From positions 40 through 64,039 of the forward strand of contig JACNLP010000042.1 of assembly GCA_014381465.1 (NCBI GenBank): DNA of 64,000 nt, in the 5' to 3' direction. Shown here piece by piece: positions 1 through 10,096 of this stretch. Under the pieces are notes generated by a model that was given only the letters and a program-made list of their open reading frames with translations, was not told the origin of the DNA and did no database searches. Position numbers and translations under genes: made by a program. Numbering within the stretch: the stretch's first letter is position 1; the number at the start of each line of letters is the position of its first letter. Source of the DNA: Flavobacteriales bacterium. GTDB taxonomy: Bacteria > Bacteroidota > Bacteroidia > Flavobacteriales > BACL11.

Positions 1-1218
1 CACCGAAAACTAGGGAAAGAAATGGAGTTATTTACTTTTTCACAAAAGGTGGGTCAAGGTTTACCATTATGGTTACCTAAAGGAGCTCAACTCCGTGAAA
101 AACTAGAAAATTTCCTTAAAAAAGCACAAACACAAGCAGGATATTTACCAGTTATTACACCACATATTGGCCACAAAGATTTATATGTTTGTTCTGGTCA
201 TTACGAAAAATATGGGGAGGATTCTTTCCAACCTATCAAAACTCCTAATGAGGGAGAGGAATTTTTCTTAAAACCTATGAACTGCCCGCACCATTGTGAG
301 ATTTATAAATCAAAACAATATTCTTACCGTGATTTACCAGTTCGTTTTGCTGAGTTTGGTACCGTTTATCGTTACGAGCAATCAGGAGAATTACATGGAT
401 TAACTCGTGTTAGAGGGTTTACTCAAGATGATGCGCATTTATTTGTGCGTCCTGACCAAGTAAAACAAGAGTTTATATCTGTAATTGACTTGGTATTGTA
501 TGTATTTAACGCCTTAGGATTTAAAGATTTTAAAGCACAAATCTCTTTGCGTGACCCTGAAAATAAGGCAAAATACATTGGTTCTGACGAAAATTGGGAT
601 AAAGCAGAATCTGCAATTATTGAAGCAGCTGCCGAAAAAGGATTAGAAACAGTAGTAGAATATGGTGAAGCAGCCTTTTATGGTCCGAAACTAGATTTTA
701 TGGTAAAAGATGCCTTAGGTAGAGAATGGCAATTAGGAACTATTCAGGTGGACTACAATTTACCAGAACGATTTGAACTAGAGTACACAGGTGCTGACAA
801 TCAAAAACATAGACCTGTAATGATTCACAGAGCTCCATTCGGTTCTATGGAAAGATTTGTAGCTGTTTTAATCGAGCATTGTGGAGGGAATTTCCCCCTT
901 TGGCTAGCCCCTGATCAGTTTATTATATTGCCTATCAGTGAGAAATATCATGATTATGCAGAAAAAGTATCTCAATTATTAAAAAATTACGATATTTGCG
1001 GCCCAATTGACCATAGGGCTGAAACTACAGGAAGAAAGATTAGAGATGCAGAAGTTTCAAAAGTACCTTACATCATTATTGTTGGCGAAAGAGAGGAAAA
1101 TGAAGAAACAATCTCAGTTCGTAAGCATGGAGGTGAGGATTTAGGAGGCATTAAGGTTGATGGATTGATAAAAATAATAACAGAGGAAATAGATAATTTA
1201 ATCACTTTTAATAACTAA
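1..1218 (+). CDS. thrS: threonine--tRNA ligase, C-terminal part (5' end lies upstream of the window; frame is open from base 1)
   Basis: ORF 22..1218 plus in-frame HRKLGKE at bases 1-21. ThrRS/class II hallmarks: [49 protein letters not shown]. Followed by the usual infC-rpmI-rplT. Confidence 0.95.
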   Translation, partial: HRKLGKEMELFTFSQKVGQGLPLWLPKGAQLREKLENFLKKAQTQAGYLPVITPHIGHKDLYVCSGHYEKYGEDSFQPIKTPNEGEEFFLKPMNCPHHCEIYKSKQYSYRDLPVRFAEFGTVYRYEQSGELHGLTRVRGFTQDDAHLFVRPDQVKQEFISVIDLVLYVFNALGFKDFKAQISLRDPENKAKYIGSDENWDKAESAIIEAAAEKGLETVVEYGEAAFYGPKLDFMVKDALGREWQLGTIQVDYNLPERFELEYTGADNQKHRPVMIHRAPFGSMERFVAVLIEHCGGNFPLWLAPDQFIILPISEKYHDYAEKVSQLLKNYDICGPIDHRAETTGRKIRDAEVSKVPYIIIVGEREENEETISVRKHGGEDLGGIKVDGLIKIITEEIDNLITFNN

Positions 1219-1227
1219 AACGGTACA

Positions 1228-1776
1228 ATAATCGCAAAAAGAAATTTTAGAAGAAGGGAGCCAGCAAGAAAGTTACACAAAACTAACCGAGAAATAACGG
1301 CTTCATTTGTAAGAATAGTAGGAGAGGGGGTAGAAGCAAAGATTGTTCCCTTAGAAGAAGCACTTAAAATTGCTAGGAATCTTAATTTAGATTTAGTAGA
1401 AATCTCTCCGAATGCCGAGCCGCCAGTTTGTAAAGTAATTGATTATAAAAAGTTTATTTACGACCAGAAGAAGAAGCAAAAAGCAATCAAAAGTAAAGCA
1501 CAAAAGGTTGTTATTAAGGAGTTAAGATTTGGTCCGAATACAGGAGAGCATGACTTTGATTTTAAATTAAAACATGCTAAAAAGTTTTTACAAGATGGAG
1601 CAAAAGTAAAAGCATTTGTATTTTTTAGAGGAAGAAGTATTATCTTTAAAGAAAATGGAGAAATTTTATTATTGAAATTGGCACAAGCCTTAGAAGAATA
1701 TGGAGTAGTAGAGAGTATGCCAAAATTAGAAGGGAAGAGAATGACAATGTTTATAGCACCAATTAAGAAAAAATAA
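1228..1776 (+). CDS. infC: translation initiation factor IF-3, non-ATG start (ATA 1228 or ATC 1231)
   Basis: The frame is open from the thrS stop (1216-1218) to TAA 1774-1776 with no ATG near the 5' end. It translates to [34 protein letters not shown]...[21 protein letters not shown]...[39 protein letters not shown], a full-length IF-3. The ATG-based ORF track missed it; minus ORF 1458..1820 is its antisense shadow. Confidence 0.85.
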   Translation: MIAKRNFRRREPARKLHKTNREITASFVRIVGEGVEAKIVPLEEALKIARNLNLDLVEISPNAEPPVCKVIDYKKFIYDQKKKQKAIKSKAQKVVIKELRFGPNTGEHDFDFKLKHAKKFLQDGAKVKAFVFFRGRSIIFKENGEILLLKLAQALEEYGVVESMPKLEGKRMTMFIAPIKKK

Positions 1777-1788
1777 AAAAATAAAAAA

Positions 1789-1983
1789 ATGCCAAAAATG
1801 AAAACAAAGGCTGGAGCCAAGAAAAGATTTAAACTTACTGGTTCTGGTAAATTAAAAAGAAAGCATGCTTTTAAATCTCACATCTTAACAAAGAAAGAGA
1901 CTAAGCAAAAGCACAACTTAACTAAGACTGGATATGTATCAAAAGCTGATACTAAGAGTATTAAACTTCAGTTAGGACTTTAA
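1789..1983 (+). CDS. rpmI: 50S ribosomal protein L35
   Basis: [36 protein letters not shown] is the L35 signature; position between infC and rplT. Confidence 0.95.
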   Translation: MPKMKTKAGAKKRFKLTGSGKLKRKHAFKSHILTKKETKQKHNLTKTGYVSKADTKSIKLQLGL

Positions 1984-2072
1984 ACAAAACAAATTAGGTT
2001 ATTAACCAGGTATATAGTTCAAACAAGGGCACAAAAATTAAAAGCCACTATACACCAAAAAACAATTAAATT

Positions 2073-2417
2073 ATGCCAAAATCAGTCAATTCAGTTGCTG
2101 CAAAAGCAAGAAGAAAGAAAATTTTAAAAGCTGCCAAAGGGTACTTTGGTAGAAGAAAAAATGTTCATACGGTTGCAAAAAATGCTGTTGAAAAAGCAAT
2201 GCAATATGCATACCGAGACAGAAAAAACAAAAAGAGAACTTTTCGTGCATTATGGATTCAAAGAATCAATGCAGGAACAAGACAATACGGAATGTCCTAT
2301 TCACAATTTATGGGTAAGATTCATGCAAATAAAATTGAGCTAAATAGAAAAGTTTTAGCCGATTTAGCCATGAATAATCCGCAAGCCTTTAAAGCGATTG
2401 TGGATAAAGTAAAATAA
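2073..2417 (+). CDS. rplT: 50S ribosomal protein L20
   Basis: [30 protein letters not shown]...[11 protein letters not shown] is typical L20. Confidence 0.95.
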   Translation: MPKSVNSVAAKARRKKILKAAKGYFGRRKNVHTVAKNAVEKAMQYAYRDRKNKKRTFRALWIQRINAGTRQYGMSYSQFMGKIHANKIELNRKVLADLAMNNPQAFKAIVDKVK

Positions 2418-2445
2418 ATTTTTTAGTTGGTGCTAAAAAAGAAAA

Positions 2446-2468
2446 GGCGAACATTGTTCGCCTTTTTT
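2446..2468. terminator. bidirectional rho-independent terminator-like hairpin between convergent rplT and the TPR gene
   Basis: GGCGAACA-T-TGTTCGCC (2446..2462), preceded by an A-run and followed by TTTTTT. Confidence 0.6.
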
Positions 2469-3492
2469 ATTTTCTAATTTGCTGATTATTAAAATACAAA
2501 ATTTTAAGAGCATCTTTTGCATCTTGATAATCAGGGTTGATTCGTAATGCTTCTTTGTAATCTAATTCTGCACGATATACATCTCCCAAGGTTTCAAAAC
2601 AATGCCCTCTTGAAAAATATGCTTCAAAAAAAGCAGGATTAAAGGAAATGGCTTGCGAAAAATCATTAGCGGCTATATCATAAAGTCCAAGCTTAATATG
2701 TACAAATCCAATATTATAATATCCATCAGCATAAGTAGGGTAAAGCTGTAAAAGATGAGTATAGGCTTTTATCGATTCATTCCATAACTTTACATCCTGA
2801 TAAAATTTTGCTAGATTATATAATGCTAATTTATTTTTAGGATTTATTCTAAGTGTATTTTTATAATAAATAACAGCAGTTGAATCATTATTTTTTTGAT
2901 AAATAAGTCCTAATTGTATATATGCATCCTCTAAATTTACATCAATATCAATTGCATTATGAAAAAACTGAATTGCTTTATCCTCCTCTCCTAATAAGGA
3001 ATAAATATATCCTTTTAATAAATGAGCTTTCGGAGAGTTATAATCCAATTCAATCACCTTATTTAATGGAGAAATAGACTCTTTTAGGTTACTCTCTATC
3101 AAGTGCAATTCACCTTTTAGTATCAGGGAAGGGATGTAATTTGGATTTAGTTTTAATGATTTTTCTGCATGAAAAAATGCCTTTTCAGGATATTGACGCT
3201 TTAATCTATCTATTTTAGCTATTTCAAAATAGAGAGATGCCAATTTAAAATGGTATTGCTCATTATTTGGTGCTAATCGTACACATTCTTTATAATCCAT
3301 CAAAGCTGCTTCAAGATTATCTTTAGCTTCAAAGTATATTGCTCTTTTTATAAAAACACTAGGATTATTGGGATTTTTAGTAATATCCTCAGATAATAAA
3401 GCAAGTTCTGATTTTGGTTTCAAATTTTTATCCTGCATTTGTTCATTGCAAGATAAAAGAACAATAAAGCTAATAAAGAATATCAATCTCAT
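2467..3492 (-). CDS. TPR-repeat lipoprotein
   Basis: Signal peptide ending LLSC (lipobox-like). Multiple 34-aa TPR-like units (A..Y...G.....A...F..A...P). Confidence 0.7.
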   Translation of the reverse strand: MRLIFFISFIVLLSCNEQMQDKNLKPKSELALLSEDITKNPNNPSVFIKRAIYFEAKDNLEAALMDYKECVRLAPNNEQYHFKLASLYFEIAKIDRLKRQYPEKAFFHAEKSLKLNPNYIPSLILKGELHLIESNLKESISPLNKVIELDYNSPKAHLLKGYIYSLLGEEDKAIQFFHNAIDIDVNLEDAYIQLGLIYQKNNDSTAVIYYKNTLRINPKNKLALYNLAKFYQDVKLWNESIKAYTHLLQLYPTYADGYYNIGFVHIKLGLYDIAANDFSQAISFNPAFFEAYFSRGHCFETLGDVYRAELDYKEALRINPDYQDAKDALKILYFNNQQIRK

Positions 3493-3506
3493 TGTGAAAT
3501 AAAAAT

Positions 3507-4502
3507 CTAAGCTAATTCTTCTTTAATTTTCACCTCTATTTCTTGGGAAAGCTCCGGATTATCTTCAAGCATTTTCTTTACTGCATCACGCCCTTGCCCC
3601 AATTTGGTGTCGTTATAAGAAAACCAGGAACCACTTTTCTTTATAATTTCATGATCTACTGCCAAATCCAAAATTTCCCCAGAACGAGAAATGCCTTTTC
3701 CAAACATAATATCGAACTCTGCCATGCGGAATGGTGGCGCAACTTTATTTTTTACTACCTTCACTCTAGTTCTATTTCCTATCACGCCATCAGCATCTTT
3801 GATAGCACCAATTCTTCTTATATCTAATCGAACAGAAGCGTAAAATTTAAGTGCATTTCCACCAGTTGTGGTTTCCGGATTTCCAAACATCACCCCAATT
3901 TTCATCCTTAGCTGATTGATAAACATACAAGTACAGCCAGTTTTACTGATTGTTGCAGTAAGCTTCCTTAGGGCTTGAGACATCAAACGAGCATGTAATC
4001 CCATTTTAGAATCACCCATTTCACCTTCAATTTCCGATTTTGGAGTAAGTGCCGCTACCGAATCAATTACAACCAAATCTACTGCACCAGAACTAATCAA
4101 ATGATCAGCAATTTCAAGGGCTTGCTCGCCATTATCTGGTTGTGAGATGAGTAAGTTATCTGTATCGACTCCTAATGAAGCTGCATAAGTAGCATCAAAA
4201 GCATGCTCGGCATCAATAAAAGCAGCAATACCACCTTGCTTTTGTACCTCTGCAATAGCATGAATAGTAAGTGTCGTTTTTCCAGAGGACTCTGGACCAT
4301 AGATTTCAATTACTCTGCCTCTTGGATAGCCGCCAACACCAAGTGCTAAATCTACCCCCATTGAGCCAGAAGGAATTGCATCAATCTTTTCAATTGATTT
4401 ATCTCCCAATTTCATTACTACTCCTTTCCCGTATGATTTTTCTAATTTTCCTAAAGTAATTTCAAGGGCTTTTAATTTTGCATCTTTTTCTTTATTTGCC
4501 AT
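3507..4502 (-). CDS. recA: recombinase RecA
   Basis: Walker [36 protein letters not shown]. Confidence 0.97.
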   Translation of the reverse strand: MANKEKDAKLKALEITLGKLEKSYGKGVVMKLGDKSIEKIDAIPSGSMGVDLALGVGGYPRGRVIEIYGPESSGKTTLTIHAIAEVQKQGGIAAFIDAEHAFDATYAASLGVDTDNLLISQPDNGEQALEIADHLISSGAVDLVVIDSVAALTPKSEIEGEMGDSKMGLHARLMSQALRKLTATISKTGCTCMFINQLRMKIGVMFGNPETTTGGNALKFYASVRLDIRRIGAIKDADGVIGNRTRVKVVKNKVAPPFRMAEFDIMFGKGISRSGEILDLAVDHEIIKKSGSWFSYNDTKLGQGRDAVKKMLEDNPELSQEIEVKIKEELA

Positions 4503-4581
4503 AGTATTTTGATTTTATACAAATTAGAGGAATATTCAAACAATAAAAAAATATTAATGCTGCTATTTTTCAACACCCCAT

Positions 4582-5208
4582 TTATTTACTAAAATATTTA
4601 CAAATTTTAGTGATGCCACAATTTATGCAATCTGGTTTTCTGGCTTTACAAATATATCTTCCATGTAAAATAAGCCAATGATGAGCTATATTTAATTTAT
4701 TTTTTGGGAAAATCTTTAGTAATTGTAATTCTGCTTGTAAAGGGTTTTTAGCGTTTGTAGTTAGCCCAATTCTTTCTGAAACACGAAAAACATGGGTATC
4801 TACTGGCATAGCTGGAATATCAAAATAAACAGAGCCAACTACATTGGCTGTTTTTCTACCAACTCCAGGTAATTTTTGTAAATCTTCTAAGTTAGCAGGA
4901 ATTTTTCCTTCAAAATCTTTCATTAGCATTCTTGCCATTGCGGATAAGTGCTTGGCTTTATTTCTTGGATAAGTGCAGGATTTTATAAAATCAAAAATAA
5001 CATCTACTGATGATACTGCCATCACCTCAGCAGTTGGTATTTCTTTAAATAATTTTTTGGTAATAATATTAACTCTTTTATCGGTACATTGTGCTGAAAG
5101 AATAACAGCAACCGTAAGCTCAAAAGCGTTAGAATAATCCAATTCCGTTTTGGCCTCTGGCATATTTTTGGAAAAATAAGTTATAAATTGTTTTACTCTT
5201 TCTTTCAT
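4582..5208 (-). CDS. nth: endonuclease III (DNA glycosylase/AP lyase)
   Basis: HhH motif LPGVGRKTANVV, catalytic PVDTHV, C-terminal 4Fe-4S cluster CKARKPDCINCGITKIC. Confidence 0.93.
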   Translation of the reverse strand: MKERVKQFITYFSKNMPEAKTELDYSNAFELTVAVILSAQCTDKRVNIITKKLFKEIPTAEVMAVSSVDVIFDFIKSCTYPRNKAKHLSAMARMLMKDFEGKIPANLEDLQKLPGVGRKTANVVGSVYFDIPAMPVDTHVFRVSERIGLTTNAKNPLQAELQLLKIFPKNKLNIAHHWLILHGRYICKARKPDCINCGITKICKYFSK

Positions 5209-5230
5209 ACTAGATGTTGATTTAATATAA

Positions 5231-6319
5231 TTATAAGTTATATTTTAATATTAAATCAGCCACCTTCTGAGATGCTCCTTTTTTACCTAATTTAACTTTT
5301 AATGCACTATAGTCCTTTTGTATTTCTTTTCTATTGGTGTTTTCCAAAATATCAGATAAAGAAGCGGAAAGATTTTTTGGATTTAATTCCGCTTGAATCA
5401 ATTCTTTTACCACCATTTTATCCATTATTATATTTACAAGAGATATGAATTTAGTTTTTACCAAGTGTTTTGCAATTTGATAGGAAAAGGAATTTGTTTT
5501 ATAGCAAACCACTTGCGGAATATTAAAAAGTGCTGTTTCCAAAGTAGCCGTGCCAGAAGTAACAAGGGCAGCTTCTGCATTTTTTAGTAGCCCATAAGTT
5601 TCGTTCTTAGCCAAAAGCACATTTCTATTTTGTATGATGTTTTTATAAAATTCTTCTTCAACAGCATTGGTAGTTGCTACTATAAATTGATAGTTAGAAA
5701 AATCATTTACTACCGATAACATTTGTGGTAAGATCTTACTAATTTCTTGCTTTCTGCTTCCAGGGAGCAGTGCAATTATTGGCTTTTCTGTATTTATGGA
5801 AAAAGTAAAATTATCCTTTGCTATTTCATCTAAAAGTGGGTGCCCTACAAAATCAACCTCAAAATTATTTGCTTTGTAATACTCTTTTTCAAATGGTAAT
5901 ATTACAAACATTTTATCTACATTTTTTCTGATTTGCTTTATTCTACTTTTTTTCCAAGCCCATATTTGAGGAGAAATATAATAGAAAACTTTTATTCCAT
6001 TTTGCTTTGCGAATTTGGCAATGCGAAAGTTAAATCCAGGATAATCTACTAATATAAGTGCATCTGGCTGAAAATCTAAAATATCTTTTTTGCAGAAATT
6101 TATATTTTTTAGAATGGTTGGTAAATTGACAATAACTTCCAAAAAACCCATAAAAGCTAAATTTTTGATGTGTTTTACAATGGTAGCTCCTTGCTGTTGT
6201 AATTTGTCGCCACCCCAAGCTCTAAATACTGATTTTTCATCTTTCTCTTTTATTACTGCCACCAAATTTGCAGCATGCATATCTCCTGATGCCTCCCCTG
6301 AAATAATATAATATTTCAT
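5231..6319 (-). CDS. lpxB: lipid-A-disaccharide synthase
   Basis: N-terminus MKYYIISGEASGDMHAANL, YYISPQIWAWKKSRI, SGTATLE are LpxB family motifs. Confidence 0.9.
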   Translation of the reverse strand: MKYYIISGEASGDMHAANLVAVIKEKDEKSVFRAWGGDKLQQQGATIVKHIKNLAFMGFLEVIVNLPTILKNINFCKKDILDFQPDALILVDYPGFNFRIAKFAKQNGIKVFYYISPQIWAWKKSRIKQIRKNVDKMFVILPFEKEYYKANNFEVDFVGHPLLDEIAKDNFTFSINTEKPIIALLPGSRKQEISKILPQMLSVVNDFSNYQFIVATTNAVEEEFYKNIIQNRNVLLAKNETYGLLKNAEAALVTSGTATLETALFNIPQVVCYKTNSFSYQIAKHLVKTKFISLVNIIMDKMVVKELIQAELNPKNLSASLSDILENTNRKEIQKDYSALKVKLGKKGASQKVADLILKYNL

Positions 6320-6603
6320 TAGAATAATTTTAACCCAAGAATAATAAAAGCATAAATAAAGGTAGCAAATAAAATTCCTTTTGCCATTACCTCCCGATTA
6401 GTTTTTAGATTCATAAAAAAGATAAGCAAGTTGATGAGTACGCTTAAACTAATTACATGCGTTAATTTATTTATTTTCACTAAGGAATTGAAGGTTTCAA
6501 ACACATCTGCTTCTAAGTAAAATGCAACATAAATTACAAATGCAACTATTGGTGCAGTAAGCCCAACAAAAAGCCCTTTTATTAATTGTTTATCCATTAT
6601 CAA
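6319..6603 (-). CDS. small integral membrane protein, unknown function
   Basis: 94 aa with three hydrophobic helices. Overlaps surE and lpxB ends, so it is operon-embedded. Confidence 0.5.
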   Translation of the reverse strand: MIMDKQLIKGLFVGLTAPIVAFVIYVAFYLEADVFETFNSLVKINKLTHVISLSVLINLLIFFMNLKTNREVMAKGILFATFIYAFIILGLKLF

Positions 6604-7366
6604 TCATATTATTTAAAGTAGAAATGGCATGATGTGCCGTTACATCATATTGTACAGGAACAACCGAAACAAAATGATTTTCCAATGCCCTTTCATCCGT
6701 ATCATCACCTTTGTCGTAATTTACAAACTTGCCTGTAAGCCAATAGTAAGTTCTACCATTTGGGTCTTTTCTTTCGTCAAATTCCTCCTCCCAATTTGCT
6801 TTAGCTTGTCGGCAAATTTTTATTCCTTTTATTTTTTCATTCTCCTTAGTTTTTGGAATATTTACATTTAGGCAAACCCCCTCTGGCAATTTATGCTCTA
6901 AAACGGATTGTGTAATTTTTCTAATATACTGCTCGCTTTCTGAAAAATCAGCATCATGTGAGAAATCCAAAAGTGAAAACCCTATGGAAGGAATTCCTTC
7001 TAAAGCACCCTCCACAGCAGCCGACATGGTGCCTGAATAAATGACATTGATGGAAGAATTGGAACCGTGATTAATACCTGAAACACATAAATCTGGCTTT
7101 CTATCCAAAATTTGATTTACCGCTAATTTCACACAATCCACAGGCGTACCGCTTACAGCATATTCTATTTGTGGCCCATCATCCATGGTTACTTTATCGC
7201 ACCTTAGGGTAGCATTAATGGTAATGGCATGTCCCATTCCCGATTGAGGACCTTCTGGTGCAACTACTACTACCTTACCAAAATCATTCATAATTTCAAT
7301 GAGTTTTCTAATTCCTGGAGCTGAAATTCCATCATCATTTATAACTAAAATTAAGGGCTTTTTCAT
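6590..7366 (-). CDS. surE: 5'/3'-nucleotidase SurE (start placed at MKKPLILV; ATG 7387 is possible)
   Basis: ILVINDDGISAPGI, GINHGSN, YSGTMSAA are SurE signatures. Confidence 0.92.
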   Translation of the reverse strand: MKKPLILVINDDGISAPGIRKLIEIMNDFGKVVVVAPEGPQSGMGHAITINATLRCDKVTMDDGPQIEYAVSGTPVDCVKLAVNQILDRKPDLCVSGINHGSNSSINVIYSGTMSAAVEGALEGIPSIGFSLLDFSHDADFSESEQYIRKITQSVLEHKLPEGVCLNVNIPKTKENEKIKGIKICRQAKANWEEEFDERKDPNGRTYYWLTGKFVNYDKGDDTDERALENHFVSVVPVQYDVTAHHAISTLNNMIDNG

Positions 7367-7427
7367 TTTTATTTTTTTGTACAACAAAACTAATATAATA
7401 TTGTTGTAATTGAAAGATGATTTTTCC

Positions 7428-7435
7428 TAATTTTG
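7428..7435 (+). promoter_or_regulatory. candidate Bacteroidota -7 promoter box (TAnnTTTG)
   Basis: TAATTTTG lies 24 nt upstream of ATG 7459. It sits inside the longer 7417 ORF, which argues for the 7459 start. Confidence 0.35.
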
Positions 7436-7458
7436 CACAAAACAAAAAACTAAAAAAT

Positions 7459-8133
7459 ATGATTTGGATAATAATGATTGGCTTCATGATAATTGGAGGG
7501 ATAGTAAGTAGCCGACTTAAAAGTAAAGTAAAAAAATATAGCCAAATTCCAACTGTTTCTGGTTTGAGCGGAAAAGAAATAGCAGAAAAAATGTTAAGTG
7601 ACAATGGAATTTCGGATGTAAAAGTAGTATCGGTTCCAGGTAAATTGACTGACCACTACAACCCAGTAGACAAAACCATAAACCTTAGCCCTGATGTATA
7701 TCAAGGAAGGCATGTAACAGCAGCTGCTATTGCTTCCCATGAATGCGGACATGCCGTTCAGCATGCTACTGCTTATCAGTGGCTTGAAATGCGTTCTCAA
7801 ATGGTACCAATTGTAAATTTCAGTAATAGCATGATGAGTACCGTTTTCATTATTGGATTAATTGGTGGAAGTGTTATTGGTATAGGGTGGAGTCAACTTT
7901 TAACAATATTTATTATTTTACAAGCTATTGTTACTGCATTTACATTAGTTACACTTCCTGTTGAATTTGATGCAAGCAGAAGAGCTCTTATTTGGCTAAA
8001 ATCTTCAAATATAACTAATGAGGAAGAAGTGTCTTTTGCAGAAGATGCACTAAAATGGGCGGCAAGCACTTATGTAGTTGCAGCATTAGCAGCAGTAACT
8101 TATCTACTTTATTATATGGCATTAAGGGACTAA
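7459..8133 (+). CDS. YugP-family membrane zinc metallopeptidase
   Basis: N-terminal TM helix, HExxH as SHECGHAVQH, C-terminal TM helices with EFDAS. Confidence 0.8.
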   Translation: MIWIIMIGFMIIGGIVSSRLKSKVKKYSQIPTVSGLSGKEIAEKMLSDNGISDVKVVSVPGKLTDHYNPVDKTINLSPDVYQGRHVTAAAIASHECGHAVQHATAYQWLEMRSQMVPIVNFSNSMMSTVFIIGLIGGSVIGIGWSQLLTIFIILQAIVTAFTLVTLPVEFDASRRALIWLKSSNITNEEEVSFAEDALKWAASTYVVAALAAVTYLLYYMALRD

Positions 8134-9986
8134 TGCGTACTCTATTTCTTCTGATTTTTCCACATTTACTTTTTGCACAAGGAAGTTTGGTTTTAGTTGG
8201 GGGTGGTGGAGAAAGCAATGGCGGATGGAGTGATGCTCCTTACACTTGGGGGCTTAATCAATCTCAAAACAGAAAAGTTGCAGTAATTTATTACAGCAGT
8301 TCTACTTCATGGATACCTGAATATTTTATGGATTTAGGGGCTTACGACACAGCTCGTTTTGATATTGATAACTTAACATTAGCAAACTCGCAAGCCACAT
8401 ACGATAGTTTGATGCAATTTGATGTGTTTTTCATAAAAGGTGGTAACCAATGGAATTACTACAATACTTGGAACAATACAAAAGTAGAAGATGCGATTAG
8501 AGATAAGTTTAATCAGGGAGGTGTGATAATGGGAACCTCTGCTGGAATGGCAATTCTCTCTGAGGTAATTTTTACTGCAGAAAACGGAAGTGTTTATCCT
8601 GATGAAGCTTTAACTAACCCTTATAATAATACTGATATTTCCTTAAAAGATGACTTTCTAAATATCTTCTCAGATTATATTTTTGATACACATTTTGTTG
8701 AAAGAGGAAGATTTGCACGCCTTTTAGTTTTTATGGCAAATTGGTATCAAAATGCAGCACAGCAAAGAAAAGATGGTGTTGGAGTGGATGATAGAACAGC
8801 AATCTGCATTGATAGCAACAATATTGGAGTGGTGATGGGCTCTGCTGCCGTTACCATTATTGAAAACAATGCTTGGCTCAATTCTCATGTTTCAAAAGAT
8901 GCAAAATACATACAACTTTTAAATGGAAATAAATATGATTTTAACTCTAAACAAATTGTAAGTGGAACGAATGCTATAAATATTTATCCCACCCCTATTA
9001 CAAACCCTATTTCATATAATAATTACATAAATACATTACTTATAAGTGGTAGTGATAGTTTGGAACACATGGATAAGTTTCTATGCGAATTAGATAGCTT
9101 GCACGGACAAATTCAAGACACTATTTATATTTATACTTGCAACACAAATAGAGCAGGTTTACTTGAAACAAAAATCAATAATCTTAATAACCCTAACACA
9201 ATTGTAGTGGATGTTACAAACGGAATAATACTGCCCTCTACTTATTTTTCTTCTGGAAAAAAGATATTGTTTTATGAAAATGATTGGGCTACTCTAAAAG
9301 ATTTTTTGAATAATACAACAAATGGAAACATCTTAAAATCTAAACTAAAAGATGGAGTAACCATCACTGCTTTTGCAGGGCAGAATTCCAAATTTGTGGG
9401 AACTACTTTTTGTAGTAATATACACGATAATATATATGGAGCTTATTATGGAGAATTAGAATTTGAAAAAGGATTAAATCTTATACAAAGAAGTGTTTTT
9501 ATACCAAATACTTTTGATAAATACACTTCCTCTTATTATGAAAATACTACTTCTGCAATTCCTTGGGCAATGGTAAAGGATACATTGGCTCACGGCTTTT
9601 ATCTTAGTTATGATTCCTATCTTTTAATCAAACAAACTGCCAATAAAAAAGCGGCATATCAAAGAGAAGGAAGAATTATTTTACTTACAAATGAAGGCAC
9701 TACTGCCGATACCGCTACTTCTTTTGTTTATCCTTCACAAAACTTTCTTAGACAAATAGTTGGGTTTGAGAATTTTAGAATTCAGTGTCTCAATGGAGAT
9801 TCCTTGCCAATTATAGAATGGAGCTCAATAACTAACCCAAACAACATAATAGAACAAACTACTGAAAAAGGAAAGCTCCTTAATATCACTAATATTTTAG
9901 GAGAAAGAACTAGATACAAAAAGAATTCTCCTCTAATTTATATCTATAATGATGGCACAATAGAAAAGAAAATAATTATTGAGTAA
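8133..9986 (+). CDS. secreted peptidase S51 / cyanophycinase-like protein with short C-terminal sorting-type tail
   Basis: The start overlaps the upstream stop (TAATG). Signal peptide MRTLFLLIFPHLLFAQ; LVLVGGGG, GTSAGMAI (nucleophile Ser), DTHFVERGRFARL. Tail ends PLIYIYNDGTIEKKIIIE. Confidence 0.7.
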   Translation: MRTLFLLIFPHLLFAQGSLVLVGGGGESNGGWSDAPYTWGLNQSQNRKVAVIYYSSSTSWIPEYFMDLGAYDTARFDIDNLTLANSQATYDSLMQFDVFFIKGGNQWNYYNTWNNTKVEDAIRDKFNQGGVIMGTSAGMAILSEVIFTAENGSVYPDEALTNPYNNTDISLKDDFLNIFSDYIFDTHFVERGRFARLLVFMANWYQNAAQQRKDGVGVDDRTAICIDSNNIGVVMGSAAVTIIENNAWLNSHVSKDAKYIQLLNGNKYDFNSKQIVSGTNAINIYPTPITNPISYNNYINTLLISGSDSLEHMDKFLCELDSLHGQIQDTIYIYTCNTNRAGLLETKINNLNNPNTIVVDVTNGIILPSTYFSSGKKILFYENDWATLKDFLNNTTNGNILKSKLKDGVTITAFAGQNSKFVGTTFCSNIHDNIYGAYYGELEFEKGLNLIQRSVFIPNTFDKYTSSYYENTTSAIPWAMVKDTLAHGFYLSYDSYLLIKQTANKKAAYQREGRIILLTNEGTTADTATSFVYPSQNFLRQIVGFENFRIQCLNGDSLPIIEWSSITNPNNIIEQTTEKGKLLNITNILGERTRYKKNSPLIYIYNDGTIEKKIIIE

Positions 9987-10012
9987 GGTTAACAAAAGTG
10001 CAGCAGTCTATG

Positions 10013-10096
10013 TTTACCCACCCCTTAATCCTCTTACTTTACACACCCCCAACCCCTTACTTCACATGCGTTCAGCACATGCTTATTAGAGGGGGG
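10013..10096. repeat. ORF-less copy of the terminus of the aroC cassette (two degenerate tandem units plus G-run)
   Basis: The 13-mer TTTACCCACCCCT at 10013..10025 is identical to 30328..30340. It is followed by TAATCCTCTTAC / TTTACACACCCCCAACCCCTTAC and closed by GAGGGGGG (10089..10096). Confidence 0.55.

Noticed and set aside
1458-1820. 120-aa minus-strand ORF
   Set aside because: It is antisense to the IF-3 coding frame, and its Phe/Leu/Ile-rich low-complexity translation is typical of a shadow ORF in AT-rich DNA.
8055-8132. Upstream extension of the S51 peptidase ORF, and likewise 7417..7458 and 18154..18192 for their genes
   Set aside because: The extensions overlap the preceding genes and lack homology. 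The signal peptide or conserved N-termini begin at the internal ATGs (8133, 7459, 18193).
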